Assembly (NCBI GenBank): GCA_943787795.1
Contig: CALSNU010000004.1
Span: forward strand, 64,001-128,000
Origin: an uncultured bacterium
Lineage (GTDB): Bacteria; Planctomycetota; UBA1135; GCA-002686595
DNA: 64,000 nt
Reading direction: 5' to 3'
The notes under the pieces were generated by a model. That model was not told where the DNA came from. It made no database searches and worked only from the letters and a program-made list of their open reading frames with translations. Shown piece after piece: positions 61,873 to 64,000 of this stretch (positions within the stretch are counted from its first letter, which is position 1; each line of letters begins with the position of its first letter). A program made the translations under genes and the position numbers.

Positions 61873-63782
61873 GCCCGGACCTCCCCGCCTTCGGCGTGAT
61901 CGGCGTGATCGGTGCGCCCGGCGGAGTCGTCGGTGACGGACCCCAGGCCCACGGCCCGCTGCTCATCACCCGCCGGGTCCGCCTCCGTGGCGACGGCCTC
62001 CGTGGCGACGGGCTCCGTGGCGACGGGCTCCGTGGCGACGGGCTCCGTGGCGACGGGCTCCATGGCGAGGGGCTCCGGCGGCGCCGCGACTCCGGTTCCG
62101 CTGGGCCCGCCGGGCCGCGGACGCGGCAGCAGGTCCGGATCTTCGTCCAGCACCTCGCCGACCCGAGGTAGGCGCGCGCCGGGCCCCGCGTCCGCTGCAC
62201 GGTCCCCAAGCGGACCGCCGCGGGCGACCGCTCGAGCCATGAGAGTCGCGGTGTCCTCGGAGAGTCCAAAGGCTCCGCGGAGCTGCTCGAGGCCCGCCTC
62301 GACCCGGCCGAACAGATCCCCGAGGGAGGCTCGACCCAACTCCGCCAGCTCGGCGCGGAACTCCTGAACGTGACGCGGGCCCTCCTCCGCGCCAGCGGGC
62401 GGGATCGCTCCAGCCAACTCCGCGTACGACTGCCGCCACTCGCGCGCCTCGGCGTCGAGCCCCTTGAGGGCGCCCCCGCCGGCCTGGGCCACGGAGCGGT
62501 GCAAGGCGGCCTCGCGCAGCTCACCCAGGTGCCCGGCGCGGTGGACGACCGAGGCCAGGGCTCCGGCCAGCTGCCCCACGTCACCAGGATCCACCAGGAT
62601 CGACGAGGCCGAGGAGAGGAACTCCTCGAGGCCTGGAATCGAGGAGGCGATCACGGGCAGCCCGCTGGCCTGGGCCAGGCGCACAGGCGTCGGGGCAAAT
62701 TGCCCCCAGCGAGCTGGAAACACGAGCCCATCGACACCCACCAGCGCGCCGGCCACGTCCAGCGCGCCCCGCCGGCATTCGAATTCAACGCCCAGGGCCT
62801 CGGCCCGCAGGGCCAGCGCGGAGTCTCGGAGGGGGTCCGTCGCCTCGAGGACGACACGCAGGGAGGGCGCCTCTCGATCCGGCGCGGCCAACAGCTCCCG
62901 CAGCGCGTCCAGCAGGACATCCAGCCCCTCCACGGGGTGGCTGCTGCCCATGAACAAGAGCCTCGACCTGACCACGTCGGCCCCGCGATCCTCCGACCGC
63001 ACGGCCACCGGCTCCGTCCCCGGGAGCCTCGGCGTGAACGCGCGTCCGACGGTCGCCGAGAGCTGGCGGGCCAGCATGCGCGACGCGGCGAAGCGGCGGT
63101 CGACCGTGGAGAGCACGGCCCGCTTGTGGGCACGATCGGCCTGGATCCGCTCCCGTGCGGCGCTGATCTGCGCCTCGAGCTCTGGCCGTGCGGCGAGGGC
63201 GGACTCGTCTCCCTCGAGCAGCAACCTGAGCAGGACCCTCTCGCCGGGGTCCGAGGGCACGCCCCCCCCATCAGGGATCGACGGGCAAAGTTCCCTCGCC
63301 ACGTCTCCGCGGGCCTCCGCCTCACAGTCCCCCAGTTCAAAGGGCGCCAGGTTGGGCAGCGTCAGGCTCAGCTGATCGTGAGCGGGCCATGGGTCGCGCG
63401 CGCAGAAGACCGTGGGCAGCCCGCGCTCTCGAGCCTCCCCGAGGAGCGCCGGACCGAAGGCCGCGATCGACTCGAAGTGACAGACCGCGGGATGCTCCCG
63501 GTCGAGGAAGTCGCCGAACGCCGCGGCCAGCTCCGACGCCGTCTCGCTTCCGTCCACGGCGACCGCCGTGAGGGCGAGCGCCCCCTCCGTCCCCTTGACC
63601 ATCCCCTTGACCGGGACCTGCCGGCGCCGCTGGGTCAGCCGCCGTCGGGTGCACGCTTCGATCGTGAAGACCTCGACCTCGAGCCCCGCCCGGGCGAGCG
63701 CCGAGGCGAGGCCCCTGGCGTGGGATCGGAGCCGCAACGCCGCATCGGGCCGGAACTCACTGCAGACGAGGGCGACGCGCAT
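61869..63782 (-). CDS. Glycosyltransferase family 4-like (diverged) with low-complexity C-tail
   Basis: MRVALVCSEF, LLFMGSSHPVEGLDVLLDA, LVFPARW, SGLPVIAS..PGLEE, LVDPGDVGQLA; ATG preceded by TATAGT-N6. Confidence 0.8.
   Translation of the reverse strand: MRVALVCSEFRPDAALRLRSHARGLASALARAGLEVEVFTIEACTRRRLTQRRRQVPVKGMVKGTEGALALTAVAVDGSETASELAAAFGDFLDREHPAVCHFESIAAFGPALLGEARERGLPTVFCARDPWPAHDQLSLTLPNLAPFELGDCEAEARGDVARELCPSIPDGGGVPSDPGERVLLRLLLEGDESALAARPELEAQISAARERIQADRAHKRAVLSTVDRRFAASRMLARQLSATVGRAFTPRLPGTEPVAVRSEDRGADVVRSRLLFMGSSHPVEGLDVLLDALRELLAAPDREAPSLRVVLEATDPLRDSALALRAEALGVEFECRRGALDVAGALVGVDGLVFPARWGQFAPTPVRLAQASGLPVIASSIPGLEEFLSSASSILVDPGDVGQLAGALASVVHRAGHLGELREAALHRSVAQAGGGALKGLDAEAREWRQSYAELAGAIPPAGAEEGPRHVQEFRAELAELGRASLGDLFGRVEAGLEQLRGAFGLSEDTATLMARAVARGGPLGDRAADAGPGARLPRVGEVLDEDPDLLPRPRPGGPSGTGVAAPPEPLAMEPVATEPVATEPVATEPVATEAVATEADPAGDEQRAVGLGSVTDDSAGRTDHADHAEGGEVRA
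61981..62070. repeat. 15-bp coding tandem repeat x6 (EPVAT)
   Basis: G(G/C)CTCCGTGGCGACG units. Confidence 0.9.
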
Positions 63783-63898
63783 GCCCTGACTATAGACAGA
63801 ACTCCGCAGCCCGACACCGCGCCTCTGCCCCGTCGCGACCGGGGCCTGCACCGGGACCTCGACGCCCTGGGGGCGCGAAGAACCCGGAGCCGAGGCCC

Positions 63899-64000
63899 TC
63901 AGGACATGAACGCGCCGCCGTTCATGTCCAGGGTCTGCCCGGTCACGCCGTGCGCATCGGGGGAGGTGAGCCAGGTGACGAGCCCTGCGATTTCCTCCGG
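63899..64000 (-). CDS. Short-chain dehydrogenase/reductase, C-terminal fragment
   Basis: PEEIAGLVTWLTSPDAHGVTGQTLDMNGGAFMS*. Confidence 0.85.
   Translation of the reverse strand, partial: PEEIAGLVTWLTSPDAHGVTGQTLDMNGGAFMS

Overview
High-GC bacterial core-genome window, most likely Planctomycetota. This is inferred from RpoB '[20 protein letters not shown]', the RpoC N-terminus 'YNRINDYG' and the gene order. Bases 1-24.3 kb (all minus strand) hold the translation/transcription supercluster: tRNA-Thr/Tyr/Gly/Thr, tuf, rpmG, secE, nusG, rplKAJL, rpoBC, rpsLG, then rpsJ-rplCDWB-rpsS-rplV-rpsC-rplP. Between rpsG and rpsJ sit an archaeal/eukaryote-type Tsr3-like aminocarboxypropyltransferase gene and a strongly diverged EF-G with an eroded domain IV (recycling-type). 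The remaining 40 kb is mixed housekeeping and envelope genes: aroC, a receiver protein, a sulfatase-fold pair, biotin carboxylase/BCCP, HAD, a PA-domain protein, a heterodimeric ABC exporter, exported GPx and thioredoxin, a serine hydrolase, GT9, an AOR-like/MoaD-like fusion, M50 and M3 peptidases, a beta-propeller, gcvT-gcvH-lipoyl ligase, tRNA-Gln, cinA, tatC, a coiled-coil/BRCT protein, coaE, rho, GT2, GT4 and an SDR fragment. No mobile element or CRISPR array was seen. Notable signals: (1) tsr3-like plus divergent EF-G inside the str locus; (2) about nine genes with TANNNT 6-8 nt before the start codon (leaderless-type), including an 18-bp bidirectional promoter between an alkaline-phosphatase/sulfatase-fold enzyme and its apparently dead paralog; (3) an AOR-fold protein fused to a C-terminal Gly-Gly ubiquitin-like domain. 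All family calls come from motif recognition by eye; no searches were run.
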